The notes under the pieces: model-generated
What the model saw: the letters and a program-made list of their open reading frames with translations, nothing else
The model's database searches: none
Told to the model about the DNA's origin: nothing
Source of the DNA: a virus
Length of the DNA: 64,000 nt
Reading direction: 5' to 3' (one strand)
Virus record (IMG/VR): IMGVR_UViG_3300025039_000014
Coordinates: 40,760-104,759 of that record
Shown: positions 9,545 to 19,700 of the stretch, piece by piece
How the letters are laid out: each line of letters begins with the position of its first letter
How positions within the stretch are numbered: position 1 is the first letter of the stretch
Position numbers and translations under genes: made by a program

Positions 9545-9850
9545 ATGATTAAATTCATTATCCGCAATAACACAAAGCGCTTTTACAATGCGCACGCTGT
9601 CGCGCAAGTCGACGCGCAGATGATAAACACTCGCATCGTCTACTTCGTTCGCGCTGGATATATCATCGACACGAAAGCGCATCCATCATGCGCAGACTTT
9701 GAGCGTCAGCACGTCGCAACATATGCGACACGACAGGATGCGGAACACGCAGCGTATGACGCAATTGACGGAATCGCTAACGAAGTCGACTTCGACGTGA
9801 TCGAAGCGTATTTTTATCGCTATCATGTCCAGCAATTCAAAGCAGCGTAG
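9545..9850 (+). CDS. Hypothetical protein inside the motif-free island
   Basis: GAGGA RBS, ATG 9545; both Gly codons are GGA. Confidence 0.7.
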   Translation: MIKFIIRNNTKRFYNAHAVAQVDAQMINTRIVYFVRAGYIIDTKAHPSCADFERQHVATYATRQDAEHAAYDAIDGIANEVDFDVIEAYFYRYHVQQFKAA

Positions 9851-10069
9851 CGCGTCCAGCAGCGCGCAGAGAGCGCGTTAACGTCAATCCGCTGTCATGA
9901 TATGGATTCGATGTTAGCGCGTCTCTGAGGACGAAATAGAGCGATTGAGGATTAGCTAATGAAAGCGAGGACGATGGAGACATTAGGACGACATGAATTA
10001 GCAAAGTCTTAGAAATTCCCGACTTAGTGGCTGGGCATAGCCGCCTCAATTTCCCATTCCCGGCACTCC

Positions 10070-10231
10070 CCTTATACCACCAGGCCCCAGCCCCAGAGCC
10101 CCGCCCTTATACCACCGGCTACGAGTTCCCCGCGTCCCAAGCGTCCCCGCATCCCGAGTCCGACCGCCTGCCGTGAATCACCGAGCCCCATCGCCACCCC
10201 TGACCGACGTGAACCCGTGCCTTATACGACC
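10070..10231 (+). repeat. Three CCTTATAC(C/G)ACC direct repeats in the C-rich right flank of the island
   Basis: 10070-10081, 10105-10116 and 10220-10231. Confidence 0.75.
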
Positions 10232-10304
10232 GCGACCACCCGGCGTTGCCGGCAGTCTCAGCCCGCTCACAAGCCCTGGGCGTTGCCAGGGCTCCAAGTC
10301 GACC

Positions 10305-10751
10305 CTAGCTCCCTTCTCTAACGATCTTTTGAGGCGTAATTCCGCACCAGGTGTTCAAGCCCACCAAGTCTGCAAGCTCTTCTGCCGTCGACTCGCAGGC
10401 TTTCACAGAGGTCGTGGACTTGATCGAAACGTAGCTACCCATGAAGGTGATCGACGTCGGGGTAGCTTTGCTCAAATCTTCGTTCATATCTGGCAGCACG
10501 ACAGCCTCTGTCTTGACGCAGCGAAACTCTGCGTCCGCGTTAGGCCCTTTCACATCGCCAACTACCTCGGAAAGCTTGGTCGCAATCTCGACGCAATAAT
10601 CCTCGTCATCCGCGATTTTATCGCCCTGCAAAACCACGTTGATAGGTGGCGTATCGTCAAAAGCGTGGTGCCCTACTATTGTCCATCGAAAATCGGCAAG
10701 CGCCGTCGATGAAAAGAGCAAGGTGCTCGCGGCGATTAAAAACAACTTCAT
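10305..10751 (-). CDS. Secreted/periplasmic hypothetical protein
   Basis: Signal peptide MKLFLIAASTLLFSSTALA; four Cys. Confidence 0.7.
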   Translation of the reverse strand: MKLFLIAASTLLFSSTALADFRWTIVGHHAFDDTPPINVVLQGDKIADDEDYCVEIATKLSEVVGDVKGPNADAEFRCVKTEAVVLPDMNEDLSKATPTSITFMGSYVSIKSTTSVKACESTAEELADLVGLNTWCGITPQKIVREGS

Positions 10752-10851
10752 GATTTCCCCTTTGTCATGACTCGGCTAATCGGCCGGCACTTCTGTGTTA
10801 TCGGCTGAAACCTAGAATTCTGCTGTTTGCTCGATAGTCCCCCCACGCTGA

Positions 10852-12174
<1,323 letters not shown>

Positions 12175-12185
12175 TTTGGTCTGTG

Positions 12186-12209
12186 CGCCTGAGTGATCGG
12201 GCGCTTTTC
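12186..12209 (+). terminator. Terminator after serS
   Basis: GCGCCTGA-gtga-TCGGGCGC-TTTT. Confidence 0.6.
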
Positions 12210-12240
12210 ACGTTGCGACGTGTAAGGGTTTCGCCCTATA

Positions 12241-12260
12241 GTAAGTAAATACTTACTTAC
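12241..12260. promoter_or_regulatory. Palindromic operator-like motif, copy 4
   Basis: GTAAGTAAATACTTACTTAC, overlapping -10 TATAGT (TTGCGA 18 bp upstream). Confidence 0.85.
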
Positions 12261-12277
12261 TGCAAGGTAATCTGCGC

Positions 12278-12667
12278 ATGGCCACTCTCTTCTCGAAATC
12301 CCCGGTTGCTGATCAGCACGCCAAGACCGCTTTTGATCATGCCGACAAGGCTATTGCCTCGCTCACCAACGCTCACACAAGCGCCGTGGAGGAAATGGCA
12401 ACGATCGAAAGTCAGATCGCCGCCCTCGAGGATCGCCGCGCAGAGTTGACCGTGCGTCGTGACAATATCGGTCGAGTCATCGAGTCGCTGGATAACAGCC
12501 TGTTCTTCCAGATGATTCAGGGCGAGGTTTACTCCACGACCAAGACGCCGTTCGATTTTGTGCCTCCGACGAAACCGGTCAAGCCTATCGACCCGTCCGC
12601 AGACCCGATTGGACCGACGCCAGAAGTTCGTCTCTACACCGACGCCACGATGACCAAGGAGCTCTGA
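12278..12667 (+). CDS. Hypothetical coiled-coil protein
   Basis: 129-aa ORF with AAGGT RBS. Confidence 0.7.
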   Translation: MATLFSKSPVADQHAKTAFDHADKAIASLTNAHTSAVEEMATIESQIAALEDRRAELTVRRDNIGRVIESLDNSLFFQMIQGEVYSTTKTPFDFVPPTKPVKPIDPSADPIGPTPEVRLYTDATMTKEL

Positions 12668-12669
12668 TC

Positions 12670-12867
12670 ATGCGCACCCTGCTCCAAGCCATCGGCCTGT
12701 TCTTCCTGTGCCTTAACGCCGTCGTGTTGATTGGAGGCTACTTCCTGATCATGCATTTCGGATGGGGCTTGTCTGTCCAGAACTGGAACTGGATCGTGAT
12801 GGGTCCGATCTCGATCATGATCCTGTCCCTGATCTTCAAGACAATCGGGAAAGCCCTGTCGAGATAA
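12670..12867 (+). CDS. Small membrane protein
   Basis: AAGGAG RBS; two hydrophobic helices. Confidence 0.7.
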   Translation: MRTLLQAIGLFFLCLNAVVLIGGYFLIMHFGWGLSVQNWNWIVMGPISIMILSLIFKTIGKALSR

Positions 12868-12911
12868 TATCGAGACAAAGAATCCCCAGCAGAGTTATTA
12901 ACCTGCTAAAG

Positions 12912-12936
12912 AAAAAGGCGCCTTGTGCGCCTTTTT
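12912..12936. terminator. Bidirectional terminator
   Basis: AAAAAGGCGC-cttgt-GCGCCTTTTT between convergent genes. Confidence 0.75.
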
Positions 12937-13304
12937 CATTCCTTGGCGTTGTCGCTGCCTGGATCGTTTTCTTTACTCTCTGACTCGCCGTTTTGGGCGC
13001 GGGTGATCTCGCTAAGCAGCTGGCGCACGCGGTCAACCGTCAAGTTTCGCTCGGGCACGACGGTCGACGTATTCATTCGACGAGTCTGGCTCTGCCGGCG
13101 CTTCTCTGCCAGCAACCGCTTCTTCTCAAGCATCTTCTCATTGAGCATTTTGAGCGCGGTATCGTGACTAATGTGGCGGAGTAGTTCGGACACCACCACC
13201 TCGTTGGTCAGCCCGGTGGCCACTGCCAGCTTGCGCAGGTTCTCATGCGCCTTGGGCTCAAGTTTCAGATTGACGGCAATCTGTTTCGAATCGTTGGTGA
13301 TCAT
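12936..13304 (-). CDS. Small DNA-binding-like protein (ribbon-helix-helix-like N-terminus)
   Basis: QIAVNLKLEPKAHENLRKLAVATGLTNEVVVSELL. Confidence 0.55.
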   Translation of the reverse strand: MITNDSKQIAVNLKLEPKAHENLRKLAVATGLTNEVVVSELLRHISHDTALKMLNEKMLEKKRLLAEKRRQSQTRRMNTSTVVPERNLTVDRVRQLLSEITRAQNGESESKENDPGSDNAKE

Positions 13305-13318
13305 TCCTACGTCTCTAA

Positions 13319-14917
13319 CTAGCCGGTTGTTATACCCATCGTCCCGAGATCGAAATCCCGAGGACCATAGACGATATTCTCGTTGAATCCCGGTGTGTTC
13401 TGGACGATCGCTAACCGCTCAAGCGAGTGTTGCCGCAAGTGGTTGTTCGACTGATCAATAAAGTCGATGATCAGCGCCACGTTGGCACCCTGCTTCTTCG
13501 CCCGCAGTCCGCGACCGATACGTTGTCTCAGTGCTACTTCTGCCTTCCCACCACCGGCCAGGATCACGCACCCTACCGCTGGCACGTCCACACCGACATC
13601 CATGATCGTCGAGCCAATCAGCACTTGGGTATTGCCGTCACGGAGATCGTTGAGCGCATCTTGCCGAGTCTGCTTCGATGATTCGCCGAAGACGAAATTA
13701 ACCCGAAGGCCGGCTTCGGACATACGTTTTTCGAGCAGTCGCCCGTGCGCCTTCTGGAGCACCAAGAGCATGACGGGTAAACCGAGCTCGGCAGCACGCA
13801 AAGCCTCCTTCACAATTAAGGCATTGCGCGTAGCGTTATATATGATGCCGAGCTTATACGCTCGCTGCCATCCGGTGCCATTCCCCAGCACCGTGCTTTT
13901 CACACCAGTCTCATTCATCTGTTTCAGGCCGAGCCTGTCGGGACTATAACCGACGGTGTGATATCGAAAATAGGGGCGCGCCAAAACACCGCGCTCGATG
14001 AGCTCTTTTTCGGTAACGCGAGCCATGACCGGACCCGTGCAAGCCAGCAGTCGCATGTTGGCTTCCTGGTCGTCCTTCATGAACGGTGTCGCTGTCAGCG
14101 CGAGTCTGAAATGCGCGTTGCGACAGGCATCCATGATGGCGTAATACGAGTTGCCCGAGACCTCGTGCGCTTCTTCCAAGATCACGAATTCGACCATCTC
14201 CAGATATTTGAGCGTTGCTGCTCTGACCTTCGCCTGGCGTTCCTGTTCCGCTTTCGGCTTCGAACGATCCGGCTCCTTGAGCCGCTGCACCAGCGTCTGA
14301 ACCATTGCCACCGTGACGGCACGACGCGGCGCGAACTCGCCGTCTCCAATGACGCCGACCTGCTTGCCCTTGAAGAACGTATCGCCGTTGTCCAACTGGA
14401 ACGTGAACGATTCTTCGAAGGCTCTCTGCATCTGATACATCAGCACAAATCGGGTGGTGATGAACAGCGTCGGCCGGCGAATCCTCGAGACCGCCATGTT
14501 GGCCACCCGACTCTTGCCGCCACCCGTCGCGATCTGCGCGATCCCCGCCCCTTCCCGCACTAGCGTGCGCACGACCTTCGGCTGGTAGTCGTATTGAGCG
14601 GTGTAGCCGAAACCGTCGATTCGAGGCATGTCCGGGCCGAGTGCTTCCGGCAGAGGCTTCTGGATCACCTGGGGCACAAAACCGCGTTTCTTGAGCTCTG
14701 CGCACAGCGGCTTGGTGAATCCCGCCGGGAACGTCGCATTACCCCATTCGAAAAACGTCGAGACGCCATCCCAGTCGTCGTTCCTGGCAGCGTATGAGTA
14801 TTCCGATCCGGCTGACTTATACGAGGTCAAGGATTGGACAATTTCTTTCACCTTGACGCTGTCGTCGACCAGCTTGGCGACCCTGGCATTACGGGCGATT
14901 CGAATGATCTGCCCCAT
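13319..14917 (-). CDS. Superfamily II (DEAD/DEAH-like, XPB/UvsW-type) helicase
   Basis: Walker A ATGGGKS, motif II LEEAH, motif III LTATP, DVGVDVP, QRIGRGLR. Confidence 0.92.
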   Translation of the reverse strand: MGQIIRIARNARVAKLVDDSVKVKEIVQSLTSYKSAGSEYSYAARNDDWDGVSTFFEWGNATFPAGFTKPLCAELKKRGFVPQVIQKPLPEALGPDMPRIDGFGYTAQYDYQPKVVRTLVREGAGIAQIATGGGKSRVANMAVSRIRRPTLFITTRFVLMYQMQRAFEESFTFQLDNGDTFFKGKQVGVIGDGEFAPRRAVTVAMVQTLVQRLKEPDRSKPKAEQERQAKVRAATLKYLEMVEFVILEEAHEVSGNSYYAIMDACRNAHFRLALTATPFMKDDQEANMRLLACTGPVMARVTEKELIERGVLARPYFRYHTVGYSPDRLGLKQMNETGVKSTVLGNGTGWQRAYKLGIIYNATRNALIVKEALRAAELGLPVMLLVLQKAHGRLLEKRMSEAGLRVNFVFGESSKQTRQDALNDLRDGNTQVLIGSTIMDVGVDVPAVGCVILAGGGKAEVALRQRIGRGLRAKKQGANVALIIDFIDQSNNHLRQHSLERLAIVQNTPGFNENIVYGPRDFDLGTMGITTG

Positions 14918-14955
14918 GTGATTGCTCTCCGTGTGGCGATTGCCTTACACTGCCT

Positions 14956-14975
14956 GTAAGTAAGTGCTTACTTAC
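14956..14975. promoter_or_regulatory. Palindromic operator-like motif, copy 5 (divergent promoter region)
   Basis: GTAAGTAAGTGCTTACTTAC. Confidence 0.85.
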
Positions 14976-15027
14976 CTTTAATGCGGGAAAAAATGTCCAC
15001 GCGTAAGTATAAGTGAAGACTAACACG

Positions 15028-15693
15028 ATGAGCGAAATCCAGAAAGTAGACCCTCGGGAACTCCGCAAAAATTCTTGGAATACCAACAAGATGACGGCGG
15101 AAAACGAGGAAAAGCTGAGAACCAGCGTCCGGCGCAATGGCTTGCTCGGCGTGGTGCTGGTTCGAGAGCTGAAAGACGGCTCTATGGAGATCGTCGGCGG
15201 CGAACACCGCGTCGATATCGCTATCGAGGACGGTCAGTCAACGGTCAACGTCCAAAACCTGGGCAAGATCAGCGATGCTCGCGCCAAGGAAATGATGCTG
15301 CTGGACAACGGCCGCTACGGACAGGATGACCCATTCGAACTGGCCGGCATTCTGGACGAGCTCGCCGCCGGCGGCGACGTGGATCTCTCCACCTTCATGC
15401 CCTTCGCCAGCGAGGACATGGACAAGCTGCTAAGCACCACCGACATCGACCTCGACAGTCTCGATTACCTCGACGAGCCGGACTACACCGGCGTCGAAGT
15501 CACCACCGAGAAGCGTGAGTCGAAAGTCCAGTCGCATCAGGTGCTGCGCTTCAAGGTCACGATGGACGACGCCGCGGCCGTGAAGCGCGTGATCGACAAG
15601 ATCATGGAGTCACGGGGCTTCACCGAAGAGGACTCGCTGACCAACGCCGGTGATGCCCTGGTCTACCTGGCGGGGGAATACGCCAATGAGTAA
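15028..15693 (+). CDS. ParB/Srx N-terminal domain protein
   Basis: NSWNTN...L..SVRRNG...EIVGGEHR. Confidence 0.85.
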   Translation: MSEIQKVDPRELRKNSWNTNKMTAENEEKLRTSVRRNGLLGVVLVRELKDGSMEIVGGEHRVDIAIEDGQSTVNVQNLGKISDARAKEMMLLDNGRYGQDDPFELAGILDELAAGGDVDLSTFMPFASEDMDKLLSTTDIDLDSLDYLDEPDYTGVEVTTEKRESKVQSHQVLRFKVTMDDAAAVKRVIDKIMESRGFTEEDSLTNAGDALVYLAGEYANE

Positions 15694-16360
15694 CGACCGC
15701 GGCGGCCAGGAGATCGTCTACCTCGATCCCAAGACCCTTATTCCCTACGAGAACAACGTCAAGCGCCACCCGCGCAAGCACATCGAGGCGCTGAAAGCTC
15801 TGATGCTGCGTCACGGCTTCTCGAAGGGAAACCCCATCCAGGTCGACCGCAACATGGTCATCATCGCTGGACACGGCCGCACGGAAGCCGCGTGCGAGCT
15901 TGAGATGCCGGTGGTGCCGGTTGTCATCCGTTCGGACCTGTCCGACGACGAGGTGAAGCGCTGGCGTCTGGAAGAGAACAAGTCGGTCTCCAACGACTAC
16001 GACGTGGTCGGCATGAAGGCCGAGATTGCCGATCTACTGGATCTCGATGGGCCGTTGGTCGGCTTCGACGAGAAAGAGTGGGCGGTGCTGACCGAAGACC
16101 TCACGGCTGACTTCGATGCCGACTCGATGATCGCCGATCTCGAGGCCGAGATGGAATCCGCCGCGAAGCATCACGACGAGACCACCGAGAAGGCTCGCAC
16201 CGAACAGGTGGCGATCACCGATCTTCTGGGATTCCGGCATGTGCCGGCGGCGCAGCAGCGCAAGATCGTCAAGTTCGTGGCGCGCCTCGAAGCTGAAACC
16301 GGCAAGACCGGCGCTGATGCCTTCCTGGCTCACATCGATCAGAGCGAGGGCGCGGCATGA
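15686..16360 (+). CDS. Second ParB/Srx domain protein
   Basis: LIPYENNVKRH...GF..PIQVD...IIAGHGR..A. Confidence 0.88.
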   Translation: MSNDRGGQEIVYLDPKTLIPYENNVKRHPRKHIEALKALMLRHGFSKGNPIQVDRNMVIIAGHGRTEAACELEMPVVPVVIRSDLSDDEVKRWRLEENKSVSNDYDVVGMKAEIADLLDLDGPLVGFDEKEWAVLTEDLTADFDADSMIADLEAEMESAAKHHDETTEKARTEQVAITDLLGFRHVPAAQQRKIVKFVARLEAETGKTGADAFLAHIDQSEGAA

Positions 16361-16995
16361 GCGACATCGTCATCGACAAGCGATTCAGCTCCCGCGTGAC
16401 GCGCACCGATCGTGTGCTCGAAGTGGCCGAAGCCTTCGGGCTGGGCCTTGAGGATCGCGAGTTCGTGATCTACGACCAGCTGTCCGTCCAGGTCGAGCGT
16501 GGTGATGTCGTCTACATCAACGGGCAGTCCGGTTCCGGCAAGTCGTTGGCGCTGCGCGAGATCGCTCGCCAGTTGGCCGACCAGGGCATGCGCGTCGCCA
16601 ACATCGACGAGATCGCCCTGGAAGACGTCCCGTTGATCGATCAGATCGGCACCGACACCAACGACGCGGTTCGCCTGCTGTCGCTGGCTGGGCTCAACGA
16701 TGCCTATCTGCTGGTGCGATCCCCTGCCGAGCTTTCCGATGGTCAGAAATATCGCTTCCGGCTGGCCAAGGTCATCGAGTCCGGCGCCGACGTGTGGGTC
16801 GCCGACGAGTTCTGCGCGGTCTTGGATCGCGAAACCGCAAAGGTCGTCTCGTTCAACGTCCAGCGCACGGCACGCAAGGCTGGCGCCACGGTGATCGTGG
16901 CCACCACCCATACCGACTTGGTAGAAGACCTCAAGCCAAGTCTGGTGATCGAGAAGTATTACAAGGCCAAAGTCAGCATGGAGAGACCCGCATGA
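16357..16995 (+). CDS. ABC-type ATPase (stand-alone, phage type associated with GNAT/Mom-like enzymes)
   Basis: GQSGSGKS, signature LSDGQ, Walker B VADEF, H-loop ATTH; no permease nearby. Confidence 0.88.
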   Translation: MSDIVIDKRFSSRVTRTDRVLEVAEAFGLGLEDREFVIYDQLSVQVERGDVVYINGQSGSGKSLALREIARQLADQGMRVANIDEIALEDVPLIDQIGTDTNDAVRLLSLAGLNDAYLLVRSPAELSDGQKYRFRLAKVIESGADVWVADEFCAVLDRETAKVVSFNVQRTARKAGATVIVATTHTDLVEDLKPSLVIEKYYKAKVSMERPA

Positions 16996-17471
16996 GTGAT
17001 GCTTCGACAACAGACGGACCCGCTACCGATACCTCTACGGTCGACCATGCGAAGACCATTCAGATCGTCGAGAAGCGCTGCAAGAAGCACGGTGTGGCGA
17101 TCGTCACGATCCAGCCGTTCAGTGCGCGCCTGTTCGTGTTCAGAGGTCTCGATACCTACAGCGACAAGCTCAAGGCGATCTTCGGCGTCGAGACGCAGAT
17201 GGGCTGCATCCTGCAAGACCTGAACGTCGGTGGTTTCTTCGGCTCCGAGTTGGACGTCAACGGCTGCCCGATTCTGGTGCTGGCGATCGATGGCACGACG
17301 AAATACCCGGAAGAAGCCATCTGGCACGAAGCGCTGCACGCGACCTTCGTCATCCTGGACCTCTACGGGGTCGAGTTCGACGTCGATAACCACGAAATCT
17401 ACACCTACACCCAGGGCTACATCGTCAGTCAGATTCGCCAGCAACTCTACGGGCGAGAGTCGTTTCGATGA
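16992..17471 (+). CDS. Hypothetical protein with a zincin-like HExxH motif
   Basis: IWHEALHA...NHEIYTY. Confidence 0.6.
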   Translation: MSDASTTDGPATDTSTVDHAKTIQIVEKRCKKHGVAIVTIQPFSARLFVFRGLDTYSDKLKAIFGVETQMGCILQDLNVGGFFGSELDVNGCPILVLAIDGTTKYPEEAIWHEALHATFVILDLYGVEFDVDNHEIYTYTQGYIVSQIRQQLYGRESFR

Positions 17472-18373
17472 TCCCGAATGACGTCGCGATCCGCCGGCCG
17501 GCCGCCTCTGAGTGGTCGGAGGGCTTCTCGTTGCTGTCGCGAATGGTCCTCGAGCGCGGCACCCGCGAAGACTGGCTGGCGCTGCACGATCTTCACTACA
17601 AGACCGAGACTGACTCCTTCGGCCAGACCTACTACCGCTGCACGCTCGACGGCACGCTGATCGGCGTGGTCGTCACGGCCTACCCGAAGCTGTTGCTGGA
17701 ACCGCGTCATCGCATGTTCCCGAAGATCAAGCCGACCGGCGGCTCCAAGCTCACCAATACGGCGCGGGCGAAGTTCGTGAATGACCTGTTCGCGATCGTC
17801 AACCGCTCGGTCGTTGACACGCTCTACCGCGGTGTCGGCGTCTCCTATCGGATGCTCAACCTGGCCGCCCGGATGCATCCACGCCAGGTGGTGGAGATCC
17901 AATCGGCCATGTCGAAATTCTCGCCCTTCGCCATGAAGGCAGGGTTCCTCTTCGCCAAGCCGATCCCGAACAAGAACTACGCCAAAGGCGTAGCGATGGT
18001 CACTCGTTTCTTCGATAGCCATCCGATGGACACCGTCGGCCTGCTCGAAGAGATCGACGCCATGCCGGACTCGCTCAAGCTCAAGACCCTGCGTGAGCTC
18101 ACGGCGTTCTATTACAAGTGCTCGGCGCTTGAGAAGACCGGTCGCAACCTGGGTCGCGGCCTGGCTGACCTGGATTACGAGCCTGCCGAGCTGATCGCCA
18201 AGATTCAGGGACTGATCTTCGCCTCCCCGCTCTATGGCGCCTATCGCAATCCTGACTTTGGCCGTGCGCTGCCCGACCGGCTACCGCTGGCCGCGTTCGA
18301 TCTCCAAAGTCCCAACGAACCGCTGAACCTCGCTGCCCTGGAAACCCTGATTGGAAGCGTCCCCGATGAGTGA
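17468..18373 (+). CDS. GNAT-fold (Mom-like) acyltransferase, putative DNA-modifying
   Basis: L.DLHYK, GTLIGVVV, acyl-CoA-binding R.VVDTLYRGVGV, PFAMKAGF. Confidence 0.7.
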   Translation: MIPNDVAIRRPAASEWSEGFSLLSRMVLERGTREDWLALHDLHYKTETDSFGQTYYRCTLDGTLIGVVVTAYPKLLLEPRHRMFPKIKPTGGSKLTNTARAKFVNDLFAIVNRSVVDTLYRGVGVSYRMLNLAARMHPRQVVEIQSAMSKFSPFAMKAGFLFAKPIPNKNYAKGVAMVTRFFDSHPMDTVGLLEEIDAMPDSLKLKTLRELTAFYYKCSALEKTGRNLGRGLADLDYEPAELIAKIQGLIFASPLYGAYRNPDFGRALPDRLPLAAFDLQSPNEPLNLAALETLIGSVPDE

Positions 18374-18659
18374 ATACCGCATGACCCAGAAGCAGCTCCA
18401 GATCATCACCGCGATCCACGAGCACCAGAAGAACCACAAGCAGGACATCGACCTGGATCAGCTGCTGGGCTCTCTGCCCTACGAGACGACCAAGGAATCG
18501 ATGCAGTTCAGCCTGCGAGCCCTGATCAAGAAGGGTCTGCTGGCGAAGGTAGGCGACGCCGTGATTCGTCGTGGACGGGCTCGTCGGACCTATCGGCTGA
18601 CGCTGATGGCCAAGGAAATGTTCCGGCTGGGGTCAGAAAAATCACACACACCAGCTTAA
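18366..18659 (+). CDS. Winged-helix DNA-binding protein
   Basis: MTQKQLQII...TTKESMQFSLRALIKKGLL...R.YRLT. Confidence 0.75.
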   Translation: MSEYRMTQKQLQIITAIHEHQKNHKQDIDLDQLLGSLPYETTKESMQFSLRALIKKGLLAKVGDAVIRRGRARRTYRLTLMAKEMFRLGSEKSHTPA

Positions 18660-19349
18660 AGTATTGATACAATCGGCAGAAGCTGTGCCAAGCAAATATC
18701 ACTGATACCACCGATAAAACTCATACCACCGAACGCCCACTCGACACCGATATCACCGACTCCCCGCGACTCACACCTGCCGACATGACCGCTATCACCT
18801 GGCTTCACCTCCGCTAAGACCGACTGCACGCGATACCCAGGTTCAAGACCGAGACCACCGAGACAACCGATCGCTGACAGACCGCGCTGAAAGCGCAACG
18901 ACGACGCACTGAACGAACCGACAGTCACCCGGCGCCACGATCACCGATATCACCGCCCTATTCCGACGGCCAAGAGATCCGACCATCCCCAGAATGGTCC
19001 CAGGTGGGAAGCGAGTCCGGTATGTGTCCGCATCATGTTCTGGAAATTCAGGTCGGTCCCGTCCGACAAGGTCAATATCTATCGGCCTCATTGGCACAAA
19101 CTCTCCAGACATAGAGCGCAGTTGGCGCGAAAAATCGTCGTCTGGGAGACGGGGAAGTTGCGCCTTCTCCCTTTGTGCGTTTCTGGCGAAAAATTCTGAG
19201 AGCACAGGATAACGCGAAATAATGCTTTCTAATCAATGCTTTACAGAGAAAACGCAACCCCGCTCATCCGAGGATATTGGGATCAAAAACACCCCTTCAT
19301 CCGAGGCATCCAAATTCTCTCTAAAGTATTGTTTTGAAACGAGAAAAGA

Positions 19350-19387
19350 GTTTTTAGCTCCGATGCCTCAGTCCCTCTATAAATACA
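19350..19387 (-). repeat. Dispersed element core, copy B (inverted)
   Basis: Reverse complement GTATTTATAGAGGGACTGAGGCATCGGAGCTAAAAAC matches the core of the 3066 and 49191 elements. Confidence 0.7.
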
Positions 19388-19700
19388 CTCTCAAAACAAG
19401 AACCCCTAAAAACAGAATATTCAGTTTACGCAAAGTTAACGCGTAAACGTAAACGAAAAACCATCTGATATACGCGTAAAAATTCGGCCAGCGCGGGCCG
19501 CCGACCCTGACGACGGGAAACCTCGGAACGGATCGGAACCTGGCGGCGACCACCCGCCCAATGACTCTCTGAAAATCTGATCTTCGTGCCCCTGCTCAAA
19601 TTTGCGTTCTAAGCGACGATATCGCTCCGATCCACCCCGACATACAGGGTAGCTTCGGAAAATCGCTGAGAACGCATCCCTGATCGATTGGGAGCGATTT

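Larger units (their letters stand above)
8732..10017. other. GG[CGT]/[ACG]CC-free island (every GG is GGA, every CC is TCC)
   Basis: Line-by-line reading: about 19 GGA and 16 TCC, and zero GGC/GGG/GGT/GCC/CCC/ACC in 1286 bp. Confidence 0.9.

Noticed and set aside
8732-10017. Island as ordinary low-GC horizontally acquired DNA
   Set aside because: CG/GC steps and GGA/TCC remain common while GGB/VCC are zero; low GC alone cannot produce this pattern
15028-16360. Plasmid partition (ParABS) locus
   Set aside because: No ParA and no obvious HTH/parS-binding domain; they resemble terminase-associated ParB/Srx proteins
16357-16995. ABC transporter
   Set aside because: No permease or binding protein adjacent; the context is ParB/GNAT/terminase
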